From contig CALDNV010000399.1 of NCBI GenBank assembly GCA_937914605.1, forward strand, positions 1 through 36,574: a stretch of DNA of 36,574 bases. The letters run 5' to 3'. The notes under the pieces were generated by a model that was not told the DNA's origin, searched no databases, and worked only from the letters and a program-made list of their open reading frames with translations. The DNA is from an uncultured Neisseria sp. (lineage in GTDB: Bacteria > Pseudomonadota > Gammaproteobacteria > Burkholderiales > Neisseriaceae). Below, in pieces: positions 1 to 9,819 of the stretch (positions are counted from its first letter, which is position 1; each line of letters starts with the position of its first letter). A program made the position numbers and the translations under genes.

Positions 1-52
1 CTTTGAGCTAAGGCGAGGCAACGCCGTACTGGTTTAAAGTTAATCCACTATA
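1..52. mobile_element. Correia repeat-enclosed element (CREE/NEMIS), one end, truncated by the window edge
   Basis: CTTTGAGCTAAGGCGAGGCAACGCCGTACTGGTTTAAAGTTAATCCACTATA matches the Neisseria Correia terminal repeat ending in AATCCACTATA. Confidence 0.9.
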
Positions 53-522
53 TAACGAAATCGTTTCAAAAAAACAATCAATAAGGAAAGCAGCGTTTCA
101 GACGACCTTTTATTTTTCTGAGCCGTTTTTATGATGATTTAAACGGCAGGTTCGGCATTGCTTTTATATAAATATATTATTTTTTTATTTTTTATTGATT
201 TTAAAAAATAATTTCCTTAGATATTGTTTAATCGATAAAATATAAATGTTTTCAAAACTTAACGTATGCATGTAATCCATTGATTATTTGATTAGTTGCT
301 TCATGAATGGGGTGATTGGTTGAAAATCGGGATTGCTGCGGTTTGCTAAGTAGGAAGTTATCAGATAAGGTGTACTACAAGCGGTTACATCCGTGAGTAT
401 AAAATTAATCAATAAGATAGTTGATTCAATATAAAACTGTTACATCTCACAACAAACGGAAGGCTCTCCCCCGACCGTTTGCACATCAAACCGTTTGCAC
501 ACCAAACAGAAAGGAAAAAACC

Positions 523-681
523 ATGCTTCATTATGCAGTTGTTTTCTTCGTCATCGCCATTATTGCAGCCGTATTGGGTTTTGGCGGTATTGCAGGCAGC
601 GCGGCAGGTATCGCTAAAATCCTGTTTGTCGGTTTCCTGATTTTGTCAGTGTTGTCCCTGATTTTTGGCAAGAAAAAATAA
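523..681 (+). CDS. DUF1328/UPF0391 (YtjA-like) small membrane protein, 52 aa
   Basis: [35 protein letters not shown] is the family signature. An AAGGA RBS precedes the ATG at 523; the ORF-track start at 421 is an overextension. Confidence 0.92.
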   Translation: MLHYAVVFFVIAIIAAVLGFGGIAGSAAGIAKILFVGFLILSVLSLIFGKKK

Positions 682-740
682 AACTGACAAACAGATAAGG
701 CGTAACCACGCTACCTTCTGAATGAACGTTTTTTAAAACA

Positions 741-770
741 AAGGCCGTCTGAAATTTTCAGACGGCCTTT
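741..770. terminator. Bidirectional DUS inverted-repeat terminator (AG-DUS dialect, AGGCCGTCTGAA)
   Basis: AGGCCGTCTGAA at 742-753 and TTCAGACGGCCT at 757-768 lie between convergent genes, with A/T tails. Confidence 0.85.
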
Positions 771-784
771 CTTCATGTCAAGCC

Positions 785-3637
785 TTAATCTTCATACGCT
801 TCCATCGGCGGGCAGGAGCAGACCAGATTTCGGTCGCCGTACACGTCGTCCACGCGGTTGACGCTCGGCCAGAATTTGTTTTCGCGCACGAAAGGCAGCG
901 GGAAGACGGCTTCTTCGCGGGAATACGGATGCGCCCATTCGCCGGTTACGTCGGCGGCGGTGTGCGGGGCGTTGACCAGCGGGTTGTCGTCTTTCGGCCA
1001 TTCGCCGCGTTCGACTTTCAACACTTCCTGTTTGATTTGTTTCAGGGCGGCGATGAAGCGGTCGAGTTCGGCTTTGCTCTCGCTCTCGGTCGGCTCGATC
1101 ATCAGCGTGCCGGCAACGGGGAAGGAAACGGTCGGGGCGTGGAAGCCGTAGTCCATCAGGCGTTTGGCGATGTCGGTTTCGGTGATGCCGCTTTGGGCTT
1201 TGAGCGGACGCAAATCGACGATGCATTCATGTGCGACGCGGCCGTTTTTGCCTGTGTAGAGAACGGGATAGTCTTGGCTCAGGCGTTTGGCGACGTAGTT
1301 GGCGTTGAGCAATGCCCAGCGCGTTGCCTGCTCCATGCCTTGTTTGCCCATCATGGTCAGGTACATCCAAGTAATCGGCAGGATGGACGCGGAACCGAAC
1401 GCTGCGGAGGAAACGGCGGTTTGCTCGGCACTTGCGCTGTGCGTGTCGGTCAAGGTATGGCCTGGGGCAAACGGGGCGAGGTGGGCTTTCAGGCCGATGG
1501 GGCCCATGCCCGGGCCGCCGCCGCCGTGAGGAATACAGAAGGTCTTGTGCAGGTTCATGTGCAACACGTCCGCGCCGACTTCGGCGGGCTGCATGATGCC
1601 GATTTGGGCGTTGAGGTTGGCGCCGTCCATGTAAACTTGTCCGCCGTTGTCGTGGATGATGCGGCAGATGTCGCGGATGCCTTCTTCGTACACGCCGTGG
1701 GTGGACGGGTAGGTAATCATGATGGCGGACAAGGCGTCGCGGTGTTGTTCGGCTTTGGCTTTCAAATCGTCGATGTTGACGTTGCCGTGTTCGTCGGTAT
1801 CAACGACGACGACTTTCAAACCGAGCATGGCAGCAGTGGCGGGGTTGGTGCCGTGGGCGGACTTGGGAATCAGACAGATGTTGCGGTGCGATTCGCCTTG
1901 GGCTTCCTGATAGCGGCGGATGGCGAGCATACCGCTGTATTCGCCCTGCGCGCCGGAGTTGGGCTGGAAGGAAATCGCGTCAAAGCCGGTGATGGCTTTC
2001 AGGCTGTTTTCCAGGTCGGTCAGGAGTTCGCGGTAGCCCGCAGTTTGGGTTTCGGGGGCGTAGGGGTGGATGTCGGAGAATTCCGCCCAGGTAATCGGCA
2101 GCATTTCGGCGGTGGCGTTGAGCTTCATGGTGCAACTGCCCAGCGAAATCATGCTGCGGTTCATCGCCAAATCGCGGTCTTCGAGTTTCTTCAGGTAGCG
2201 CAGCATTTCGTGTTCGGTGTGGTAACGGTTGAACACGGGATGTTGCAAGATATTGTCTTGGCGCAGGAATTCGGTTTTCAGACGACCTTTGACGTCGTCT
2301 GAAAGCGTGAAGGTGTTGTTGCCGGTGAAGGCGTAGTACAACACGGCAAGGTCTTCGCGCACGGACGTTTCGTAGAAGGCGGCGGCGATTTGGGTGTCGC
2401 TGATGCGGCGCAGGTTGTAGCCCAGTTCCAAAGCGGTTTGGAACGCTTTGTCCGCTTTGTCTTTGCTGCCGAAATCGACGGTAACGGTATCGAAGAAGAC
2501 CTCGTGAACCACTTTCAGGCCGTCTGAAACCAGCGCGTCGGCAAAGGCGGAAGCCAGCGCGTGAATGCGGTTGGCGATGCGTTTCACGCCTTCGGGGCCG
2601 TGATAAACGGCGTACATGCCCGCCAAGTTCGCCAGCAATGCCTGCGCGGTACAAATATTGGACGTGGCTTTTTCGCGGCGGATGTGTTGCTCGCGGGTGG
2701 ACAACGCCATACGCAGCGCGGGTTTGCCCGATGCATCTTTGGATACGCCGATGATGCGGCCCGGGGCGGAGCGTTTGAACTCGTCTTTAAACGCGAAATA
2801 AGCGGCGTGCGGCCCGCCGAAGCCCATCGGTACGCCGAAGCGTTGCGTGTTGCCCAACGCGATGTCCGCGCCCAACTCGGCAGGCGATTTCAGCAAAACC
2901 AAGCTCATGATGTCGGCGGCAACGGCAACAATCGTGCCTTTGGTTTTCAGACGACCTACGACGCTTTGCAGGTCTTGCACGTCGCCGTCTTTGCCGACGT
3001 ATTGGAACAGCGCGCCGAAGTATTCGCCTTCATCCGCTTTGGCAAAATCGCCGACCACCAGCTCGAAGCCGAAATATTTGGCGCGGGTTTTCATCACGTC
3101 CAAAGTCTGCGGATAGACGCGCTCGTCCACAAAGAAACGCTCGGATTTTACCTTGCCCACGCGGTGCGCCATCGCCATCGCTTCGGCGGCGGCAGTCGCC
3201 TCGTCCAGCAAAGACGCGCCCGCCACGGGGAAACAGGTCAAATCGATACACACCTGCTGGAAGTTCAACAACGCTTCCAAACGACCCTGCGCGATTTCCG
3301 CCTGATACGGCGTGTAGGCGGTGTACCAGCCCGGATTTTCCAATACGTTGCGCAAAATCACGTTCGGCACGCGGGTCGGGTAATAGCCCAAGCCGATATA
3401 GGATTTGTTGATCACGTTTTTTGCCGCAATGGCTTTCAGCTTCGCCAAAGCGTCCGCCTCGGTCAGGGCTTCGGGCAGGTCGAGTTCGGACGGCATACGG
3501 ATGCTTTGCGGCACGGTGTTGCCGACAAATTCGTCCATGCTCTTCTCGCCGAGCGCTTCCAAAAGCGCAGCCTCGTCGCCGAAACTCAAATGACGCGCGG
3601 CAAATTCGTTGGGGTTGAACAGTTCGGATAGTTTCAT
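785..3637 (-). CDS. gcvP: Glycine dehydrogenase (decarboxylating), glycine cleavage P protein
   Basis: 950 aa. Motifs [39 protein letters not shown] and the PLP-lysine motif [23 protein letters not shown]. Confidence 0.98.
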   Translation of the reverse strand: MKLSELFNPNEFAARHLSFGDEAALLEALGEKSMDEFVGNTVPQSIRMPSELDLPEALTEADALAKLKAIAAKNVINKSYIGLGYYPTRVPNVILRNVLENPGWYTAYTPYQAEIAQGRLEALLNFQQVCIDLTCFPVAGASLLDEATAAAEAMAMAHRVGKVKSERFFVDERVYPQTLDVMKTRAKYFGFELVVGDFAKADEGEYFGALFQYVGKDGDVQDLQSVVGRLKTKGTIVAVAADIMSLVLLKSPAELGADIALGNTQRFGVPMGFGGPHAAYFAFKDEFKRSAPGRIIGVSKDASGKPALRMALSTREQHIRREKATSNICTAQALLANLAGMYAVYHGPEGVKRIANRIHALASAFADALVSDGLKVVHEVFFDTVTVDFGSKDKADKAFQTALELGYNLRRISDTQIAAAFYETSVREDLAVLYYAFTGNNTFTLSDDVKGRLKTEFLRQDNILQHPVFNRYHTEHEMLRYLKKLEDRDLAMNRSMISLGSCTMKLNATAEMLPITWAEFSDIHPYAPETQTAGYRELLTDLENSLKAITGFDAISFQPNSGAQGEYSGMLAIRRYQEAQGESHRNICLIPKSAHGTNPATAAMLGLKVVVVDTDEHGNVNIDDLKAKAEQHRDALSAIMITYPSTHGVYEEGIRDICRIIHDNGGQVYMDGANLNAQIGIMQPAEVGADVLHMNLHKTFCIPHGGGGPGMGPIGLKAHLAPFAPGHTLTDTHSASAEQTAVSSAAFGSASILPITWMYLTMMGKQGMEQATRWALLNANYVAKRLSQDYPVLYTGKNGRVAHECIVDLRPLKAQSGITETDIAKRLMDYGFHAPTVSFPVAGTLMIEPTESESKAELDRFIAALKQIKQEVLKVERGEWPKDDNPLVNAPHTAADVTGEWAHPYSREEAVFPLPFVRENKFWPSVNRVDDVYGDRNLVCSCPPMEAYED

Positions 3638-3761
3638 TTCTACTCCTTTTTTGTTGTAGGAATCTGCCGCGAAGGCAGGTATTTGGGTTTTCAGACGACC
3701 TTGCGGTTGCGGGCGGATAATCGGGTTTTGTGTCTGCTTGCTATTTCCGTCAGGCAGGAAA

Positions 3762-4541
3762 CTACTTCCAGTCCTGCACCCGCTTCAAGTCTTTCTGCGC
3801 CAGCGTGTCGGCGTGTTCGTTGCGGCTTTGGTATGCCCTGTTTTGCAAGATGCTGTTGGCAACGTAGTTTAAGTGTATTTTGGCGGCTTCGGCGGCATCG
3901 GCAGGGCGGCGTTCCAAGATGGCTTCGTAGATGGCGCGGTGTTGCGCAATCAGCTTGGGGCGCGGGTCTTCGGTTTGGTTGGAATAGATGATGCTGCTGC
4001 GCGTCTGGCGGTAGAGCATTTTGAGCAGGCCGCCGGAGAGGTGGCTGAAGAGGATGTTGTGCGCGGCGTCGGCGATGGTTTGGTGAAAGCTCACGTCGGC
4101 TTCGCTTTGATGTTCCAGATTGCCGCTTTCGCAGGCGGATTCGAATTTTTGCCGCCAAAAATCAATCCGCTTCAAATCGGCATCGGTGCGCCGTTCGGCA
4201 GCCAGCGACGCCATGCAGCCTTCGATGTGGCAGCTGAAATCGAAAACGTCGGTTTCCCAGTTGGAATGTTTGCCGAGCAATTCTTGCCAGCTTTGGAGGA
4301 AATCCTGCTGCGGTTTGACGGAAACGTAATAGCCGTCGCCCTGACGCGCTTCCAAAACCTGCCGCGCAATCAGGATGTTCAGCGCGACCCTGACCGACGG
4401 GCGCGATACGCCGAATTCTTCCGCCAACGTGCGCTCGGGCGGGATTTTGCCGCCTTCTTCGTAAATGCCCGCCGCGATGCGTTCCTCCAATATCGACAAT
4501 ATTTGGTCGCTGATTTTTTGCGGACGAACCAGTTTTGTCAT
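3762..4541 (-). CDS. gdhR: GntR/FadR-family regulator, Neisseria GdhR (LldR/PdhR-like)
   Basis: N-terminal wHTH ([19 protein letters not shown]) and FCD domain ([14 protein letters not shown]). [11 protein letters not shown] matches Neisseria GdhR as I recall it. Start at ATG 4541 after a GAGGG RBS. Confidence 0.88.
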   Translation of the reverse strand: MTKLVRPQKISDQILSILEERIAAGIYEEGGKIPPERTLAEEFGVSRPSVRVALNILIARQVLEARQGDGYYVSVKPQQDFLQSWQELLGKHSNWETDVFDFSCHIEGCMASLAAERRTDADLKRIDFWRQKFESACESGNLEHQSEADVSFHQTIADAAHNILFSHLSGGLLKMLYRQTRSSIIYSNQTEDPRPKLIAQHRAIYEAILERRPADAAEAAKIHLNYVANSILQNRAYQSRNEHADTLAQKDLKRVQDWK

Positions 4542-4638
4542 TGTAATTCCCTCTTTTCCATCATGTTTTTTTCTGTGAAGAAGACCCAAATCCGATAATG
4601 TGATGCGGCAGGCCGTCCGAAAGGGCAGTCTGCATCAA

Positions 4639-4655
4639 AATTGGCGTGACCAATG
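4639..4655. promoter_or_regulatory. LldR/PdhR-type operator near the predicted gdhR transcription start
   Basis: AATTGG-CGTGA-CCAATG, one mismatch to AATTGG-N5-CCAATT. Confidence 0.65.
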
Positions 4656-4662
4656 TCGCCGT

Positions 4663-4692
4663 ATTCTAATTAACCGCCCCGTATCCCGTCAA
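4663..4692 (-). promoter_or_regulatory. Predicted sigma70 promoter for gdhR
   Basis: Minus-strand TTGACG (4692-4687), 18-nt spacer, TAGAAT (4668-4663). Confidence 0.6.
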
Positions 4693-4824
4693 TATGGCTT
4701 ATCCTACCCGTATGTGTTTTAAAACTACATCAGGCTACATTTTTACAATTCATATAATATTTTGTTTTATTTAAAATTAAATAACAATTTTGCACTTATG
4801 TAGCAAGGTTGTTTAAAAAAATAA

Positions 4825-4853
4825 TTGACTGCCATATTAAAGTTTCGTAAAGT
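4825..4853 (+). promoter_or_regulatory. Predicted sigma70 promoter for the lactate permease
   Basis: TTGACT (4825-4830), 17-nt spacer, TAAAGT (4848-4853), with an A-tract upstream. Confidence 0.6.
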
Positions 4854-4867
4854 GTCCTCCTTTCAAA

Positions 4868-4886
4868 AAATTGGTTTTACCAATTT
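4868..4886. promoter_or_regulatory. Perfect LldR/PdhR-type operator palindrome
   Basis: AAATTGG-TTTTA-CCAATTT, located just downstream of the predicted permease -10 box. Confidence 0.8.
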
Positions 4887-4924
4887 AGGAAAGTATATTA
4901 GAAAAATATTCGGAGATTTTCCCA

Positions 4925-6568
4925 ATGGAAACTTGGATTCAAAACTATACCGCAGTGGGCGGCAGCCTGTATTTGACGGCAGCCGTCGCCCTCCTGCCCA
5001 TTATCTTTTTCTTCGTCGCACTGACCATCCTGAAGCTCAAGGGTTATCAGGCGGGGCTTTATACGCTGCTGATTGCGCTTGGCGTTGCCATATTAGGCTT
5101 CGGAATGCCTGCGGGCATGGCGGTTTCTTCCGCGCTGTACGGCTTTGCTTACGGTTTGTGGCCGATTGCATGGATTATCGTTACCGCCGTGTTCCTGTAT
5201 AAAATTACCGTGAAAACAGGGCAGTTCGACATCATCCGCGCTTCCGTGATTTCGATTACCGAAGACCAACGCCTGCAAATGCTGCTGGTCGGCTTCTCCT
5301 TCGGCGCATTCCTCGAAGGCGCGGCAGGCTTCGGCGCGCCGGTGGCGATTACCGCCTCGTTGTTGGTGGGTTTGGGCTTTAATCCGCTCTACGCCGCCGG
5401 TTTGTGTTTGATTGCCAATACCGCGCCCGTGGCTTTTGGCGCGATGGGTATTCCAATCCTGGTTGCCGGTCAAGTGTCCAACCTCGACCCTTACCATATC
5501 GGTCAGGTCGCTGGCCGCCAACTGCCGATCCTGTCGATTATCGTTCCTTTCTGGTTGGTCGCCATGATGGACGGTATGCGCGGCATACGCCAAACTTGGC
5601 CTGCCGTATTGGTGGCGGGCGTGTCTTTCGCCACTACCCAGTTCATTACCGCCAACTTCATCGGCCCGGAATTGCCCGACGTGACCTCCGCATTGGTCAG
5701 CCTGGTCTGCCTGTCTGCCTTCCTGAAAAAATGGCAGCCTAAAGAAATCTTCACCTTCAACGGCATGAAAAAACCGGCCGAGCGCAAAGCGGGCGAATAC
5801 ACTGCCGGACAAATCATCAAAGCCTGGTCGCCTTTCGCCATCCTGACCGTTTTCGTCAGCGTGTGGACGATTAAGGGTGTTAAAGAGGCTTTGGGCGTTG
5901 CCACCATCAAATTCGACTGGCCGATGCTGCATAACTTGGTACAAAAAGCCGCGCCCATCGTCAGCGAACCGACACCATACGCCGCCGTGTTCAAAATCGA
6001 CCTCCTCGGCGCAGTCGGTACGGCAATCCTGTTTGCTTCCATCGTTTCCGCCGCCTTGCTGAAAATGAAACCTTCCGAAGCCGTCAGCACTTTCTTTGAA
6101 ACGCTCAAAGAACTGCGCCTGTCCATCCTGTCTATCGGCTTGGTACTCGGCTTCGCATTCGTAGCAAACTATTCAGGCCTGTCGTCCACATTGGCACTCG
6201 TCCTCGCTGCTACCGGCACCGTGTTCCCGTTCTTCTCGCCGTTCCTCGGCTGGCTGGGCGTATTCCTGACCGGTTCGGACACCTCCGCCAACGCGCTCTT
6301 CGGCTCGCTGCAAGCCAGCACTGCGCATCAAATCAACGTTGTGCCCGAGCTGACCGTCGCTGCCAACACCACCGGCGGCGTGACCGGCAAAATGATTTCG
6401 CCGCAATCCATCGCCATCGCCTGCGCGGCAGTCGGTCTGGAAGGCAAAGAATCCAACCTGTTCCGCTTCACCGTGAAACACAGCTTGATTTTCTGTACCT
6501 TCGTCGGCCTGCTGACCCTGCTGCAAGCTTATGTCTTGCCGTGGACGCTGGTTTTCTTCAACAAATAA
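4925..6568 (+). CDS. lldP: L-lactate/glycolate permease (LctP family, LldP/GlcA type)
   Basis: 547-aa polytopic membrane protein with [38 protein letters not shown] and [12 protein letters not shown]. Confidence 0.93.
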   Translation: METWIQNYTAVGGSLYLTAAVALLPIIFFFVALTILKLKGYQAGLYTLLIALGVAILGFGMPAGMAVSSALYGFAYGLWPIAWIIVTAVFLYKITVKTGQFDIIRASVISITEDQRLQMLLVGFSFGAFLEGAAGFGAPVAITASLLVGLGFNPLYAAGLCLIANTAPVAFGAMGIPILVAGQVSNLDPYHIGQVAGRQLPILSIIVPFWLVAMMDGMRGIRQTWPAVLVAGVSFATTQFITANFIGPELPDVTSALVSLVCLSAFLKKWQPKEIFTFNGMKKPAERKAGEYTAGQIIKAWSPFAILTVFVSVWTIKGVKEALGVATIKFDWPMLHNLVQKAAPIVSEPTPYAAVFKIDLLGAVGTAILFASIVSAALLKMKPSEAVSTFFETLKELRLSILSIGLVLGFAFVANYSGLSSTLALVLAATGTVFPFFSPFLGWLGVFLTGSDTSANALFGSLQASTAHQINVVPELTVAANTTGGVTGKMISPQSIAIACAAVGLEGKESNLFRFTVKHSLIFCTFVGLLTLLQAYVLPWTLVFFNK

Positions 6569-6585
6569 GCCAACCGGCTTGAAAT

Positions 6586-6631
6586 AAAAAAGGTCGTCTG
6601 AAATCCAATTTGGGTTTCAGACGACCTTTTT
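6586..6631. terminator. mucDUS inverted-repeat terminator after the permease
   Basis: AGGTCGTCTGAA at 6591-6602 and TTCAGACGACCT at 6616-6627, with poly-A/T flanks. Confidence 0.85.
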
Positions 6632-6777
6632 GTTGTTGTCGGTTTGATTCAAGACTTCAAGACGTGCCATTGGGTTTGCTGTCATTTTTGTTTCGTTTAA
6701 ACAGTAGGGTAATGCGTGAACCGAAGATAGCTTAAGGTAAAAGAGGGGTTGGGTTTCAAACAAGAACGACGGCGGAT

Positions 6778-6830
6778 AAAAAGGTCGTCTGAAAACGGCA
6801 AGGGCTTGCATCGTTTTCAGACGACCTTTT
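6778..6830. terminator. mucDUS inverted-repeat terminator after the RDD gene
   Basis: DUS pair at 6782-6793 and 6816-6827. Confidence 0.8.
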
Positions 6831-6856
6831 GTCTGTGTGGCGAAACAGTAGAACAC

Positions 6857-7381
6857 TCAGCTTTCGGATGTTTCCTGTTTCAAATCGACCAATCGTGTTC
6901 CCGCCAAGAAGTCGTATAAAAACTGCCGGTCTGGGTTCAGCAGGGCAAAGCCCCACGGCAGGATGAGCCAGATAAGGGCGGCGCCGAAGGCGGGTACGGG
7001 CGGGATGGCGAGCAGGTGGCGCAGGCCGGCGTAGGCGAGCAGGGGGATGAAGACGACGAAGATACACGACCAAATAAAGCGGATGCGCAGTTGCGACAAT
7101 GGCGGCAGCGTGCCGTTTCTGCCGTGCAGCCCGATTTTCCAAGTCTGCATGGCGAGGGTGCGGCCGGTTTTCGTCCAGTTGGTTTTGAAGTAGAGCCACC
7201 AGCTGCCTACAAAGATAACGCAGGTAACCAAGCTGGAAAGGAGCTGGGAGACGGGGTTGAGGAAAATCGCGGCGATGCCGGCAAGGATGGCGGCGATGGC
7301 GGTCACGGCGCCGGTCAGCAGCAATTCATACATCAGGGCGGCAAGGCGGCGTTTGACGGGGGCGGGGGGAAAGGCGGTCAT
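6857..7381 (-). CDS. RDD-family membrane protein
   Basis: APVKRRLAALMYE, GRTLAMQTWKI and RQFLYDFLAGTRLV follow the RDD pattern. The ORF-track N-terminal extension runs through a DUS hairpin. Confidence 0.85.
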   Translation of the reverse strand: MTAFPPAPVKRRLAALMYELLLTGAVTAIAAILAGIAAIFLNPVSQLLSSLVTCVIFVGSWWLYFKTNWTKTGRTLAMQTWKIGLHGRNGTLPPLSQLRIRFIWSCIFVVFIPLLAYAGLRHLLAIPPVPAFGAALIWLILPWGFALLNPDRQFLYDFLAGTRLVDLKQETSES

Positions 7382-7478
7382 GACGGTCTGCTCGGTAAAA
7401 AGGTCGTCTGAAAAACGGAATGCTTGGTTTGGGCGAAACCGCCGCATCCGTTTTCAGACGACCTTTGTGTGGGAGGAA

Positions 7479-7898
7479 TCAGCGGTGGGGGCGTTTTTGT
7501 CCGCGCGCCTGCTGGGCTGCCATCTGGTTCATTTCCTGACGGGTCGGGCGTTTTTTGAACATGGCGTGCGCTTCATCGGCCGAACATTTTTGCGACAGGC
7601 AGACCAACGTTATCGCGTCTTTTTGGTGCTGGCCGCCGCTGTGGTACATACGGCGCAGGTTGGCTTCGTTGATGCGGCCTTTTTCGGGGTCGATGTCGAA
7701 TTTTTTCAGGCGTTCGAGAAACTGGCGCTGCTGGCGGCGCGAAGTCCAGACAAAGCCGCCGGCGGCTGCGGCGACGATGATGACGGCAAGCAGGATGGCG
7801 AGCGGCCACGAATCGACGATTAAGACGATGATCAGGCTTAAAACGGCGGTGGTCAGCACGAGCAGGCCGCCGATGCGGAGTTTGGTTTGGTTGTCCAT
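7479..7898 (-). CDS. Hypothetical membrane protein (two N-terminal TM helices, basic C-terminal region)
   Basis: 139-aa ORF with AAGGA RBS, hydrophobic N-terminus and host-like codon usage. Confidence 0.75.
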   Translation of the reverse strand: MDNQTKLRIGGLLVLTTAVLSLIIVLIVDSWPLAILLAVIIVAAAAGGFVWTSRRQQRQFLERLKKFDIDPEKGRINEANLRRMYHSGGQHQKDAITLVCLSQKCSADEAHAMFKKRPTRQEMNQMAAQQARGQKRPHR

Positions 7899-8181
7899 GA
7901 AGTTGCAGTTCCTTGTAAGGGTGGAAGGTCGTCTGAAAAGGGTGTGCGGCAGACGGGCAAGCGGCGGCGTATCTCTGCACGCGCCGAATGCTTGTCAATC
8001 CGTTGTATTGAGTGGTGGACGGATTTCAGACGACCTCAAATATCATAACTTTATGTTTAACGGTATTTTACAGTATTTTTGCCGTTTGGGCGCGTACAGA
8101 AGCGATGCAGCATACAAACTTTCACGCTTTTTGCACAGGCGCGCCCTTGCCGCGAAAAGCGCCTATCCATGCCCGATGAAA

Positions 8182-9183
8182 TCAGACTGCCAACCCCGTC
8201 ACCAACTGCTTGAACTCCGTCCACGCATCGCCGTCTTCCGCGCCTTTGATGATGCGGTCGATTTTGGCGCAGGTTTTGAGCGCTTCGATCAGGCGGACGG
8301 CGGGAATGCGTTTGACGGCAATCGGCGCGAGGGTTTGTTTGTCGCCCCACAGGCGCAGGCTGTTGCGGACGGATTGTACGCTCTGCCCTTGTTTGAGCGC
8401 GGCGGTCAGGCGGATGAGGGTGCGGATGTCTTCGGCAACCGCCCACAGCAGCAAGACAGGCTCTTCGCCTTCTTCTTCGAGTCCGTCCAGAAGGCGGGCG
8501 ACGCGCAGGGCATCGCCTTTCATCCATGCGCCGGAGAGCTGGAATACGTCGAAACGGGCGACGTTGGCGACGGCGGCTTCGGCATCGGCGATGTTGACGG
8601 TATGGTTTTGCGGGTGCAGCAGGGCGAGTTTGTCGATTTCTTGGCGGGCGGCGAGCAGGTTGCCTTCGACGCGTTCGGCAAATAGGGCGAGCGCGTCGGG
8701 TTCGATATTGAGTCCGACCTTGTTCAGACGACCCTTTATCCACTGCGGCAGGGCTTGCGCGGTAATGGCTTTGGCTTCGAGTACGGTGCCTTTGGCGGCG
8801 AGCGCGGTGAACCATTTTGCCTGCGTTTGGGCTTTTTCGAGCTTGGGCAGCAGAATCAGGGTGACGGTGTCTTCGGGCAGGCGTTCGGCGAAGGTTTGCA
8901 GCGCGTCGCCGCCGGTTTTGCCGGGCTTGCCGTTCGGAATGTGGATTTCCAAAAGTTTCAAGTCGGCGAAAAGTCCCGCGCTGCCTGCGCTTTGCAGGAG
9001 TTCGTCCCAGTCGGCGCCGTTGTCCGCCGTAAAGACTTCGCGGTTGAGGTAGCCTTGTTTTTTGGCGGCGGCGCGCAGGGTGTCGAGGGCTTCGATGCGC
9101 AACAGGTCTTCTTCGCCGTGAATGATGTACAGCGGCGAAAGCGGCATATCCGCGCTGACCTGTTCGATATTCATGACTGCCAT
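8182..9183 (-). CDS. holA: DNA polymerase III subunit delta
   Basis: LYIIHGEEDLL, GLFADLKLLE and EGNLLAARQEIDKL motifs. Its ATG overlaps the lptE stop (TGATG). Confidence 0.95.
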   Translation of the reverse strand: MAVMNIEQVSADMPLSPLYIIHGEEDLLRIEALDTLRAAAKKQGYLNREVFTADNGADWDELLQSAGSAGLFADLKLLEIHIPNGKPGKTGGDALQTFAERLPEDTVTLILLPKLEKAQTQAKWFTALAAKGTVLEAKAITAQALPQWIKGRLNKVGLNIEPDALALFAERVEGNLLAARQEIDKLALLHPQNHTVNIADAEAAVANVARFDVFQLSGAWMKGDALRVARLLDGLEEEGEEPVLLLWAVAEDIRTLIRLTAALKQGQSVQSVRNSLRLWGDKQTLAPIAVKRIPAVRLIEALKTCAKIDRIIKGAEDGDAWTEFKQLVTGLAV

Positions 9184-9662
9184 CAATACGCTTTCAGGAA
9201 CGTCAGGCGGCGGACGATTTGGTCGGCGGCGTCGGCGCGCATTTCCGCCCAGATGGTTTCGCTTTCTTCCTGTTTGCCCAACACTTCGCTGTCGTTGTAG
9301 TCCATCGTGCGGTTGACGAGGACGGTAATCGGTTCGCCCACAGGCTCGCCGTTGCGCATGGCTTGGGCTTCGACGCGCAGCGTCAGCAGGTATTCGTTGA
9401 CCAGCGCGGCGCGGGTGATGGTGTAGATGTCCTGACGGGTTTCAACGCCCTTGATGTTCAAGGTCATTTGCGCTTCGGCGGCGGAAACAGGTTTGCCGTC
9501 GACGCGGCGCAGGGCGTTTTCCAAAGCCTTTTGCATCACGGAGGCGTTTTGGATGTGCCAAGCGGGATACGGCAGCGTGCGTGCGGTGCCGCCCATGCCT
9601 TTGAGGTGGAAGCCGCAGGCGGACAGAAGCAGCACGGCGGCGGTCATCAGGATTTTGTTCAT
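9183..9662 (-). CDS. lptE: LPS-assembly lipoprotein LptE
   Basis: Lipobox LSAC followed by GFHLKG, C-terminal EMRADAADQIVRRL, and position directly upstream of holA. Confidence 0.93.
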   Translation of the reverse strand: MNKILMTAAVLLLSACGFHLKGMGGTARTLPYPAWHIQNASVMQKALENALRRVDGKPVSAAEAQMTLNIKGVETRQDIYTITRAALVNEYLLTLRVEAQAMRNGEPVGEPITVLVNRTMDYNDSEVLGKQEESETIWAEMRADAADQIVRRLTFLKAY

Positions 9663-9819
9663 TTCATTCTTTCGGTTGCGCGGGTATCGGGGAATTATAG
9701 CGGATAGTCGGGCGGTCGGGAAACGCGGCGGCAGAAGCGGATTTCAGACGACCCCTTGCCGTTTGTCGTTTGCCTGCCCGATGGGTACAATCCCAACGTC
9801 AGACAACAGGAGAAACATC

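Noticed and set aside
929..3631. Long + strand ORFs (457 and 356 aa) opposite gcvP, and similar antisense ORFs over lldP, aspC, nhaC, degP, gdhA, thyA and lapB
   Set aside because: These are shadow frames of GC-rich genes with biased codon usage. They show no family motifs or RBS.
3638..3761. Possible glycine riboswitch upstream of gcvP
   Set aside because: The gap is only 124 bp with one small hairpin and a DUS. I could not find the glycine aptamer consensus.
7555..8685. 376-aa + strand ORF
   Set aside because: It is antisense to two real genes, runs through DUS copies and has no recognisable domain.
8182..9662. lptE-holA without upstream leuS
   Set aside because: This differs from enterobacteria but, from memory, is the usual arrangement in Neisseria.
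9451..9819. N-terminal extensions in the ORF track (pip; likewise the RDD gene, aspC, nagZ, dusB, gdhR)
   Set aside because: Most of these extensions overlap neighbouring genes or translate DUS hairpins (FQTT, SDDL, RSSE). Better starts with an RBS or family-typical N-terminus lie downstream.
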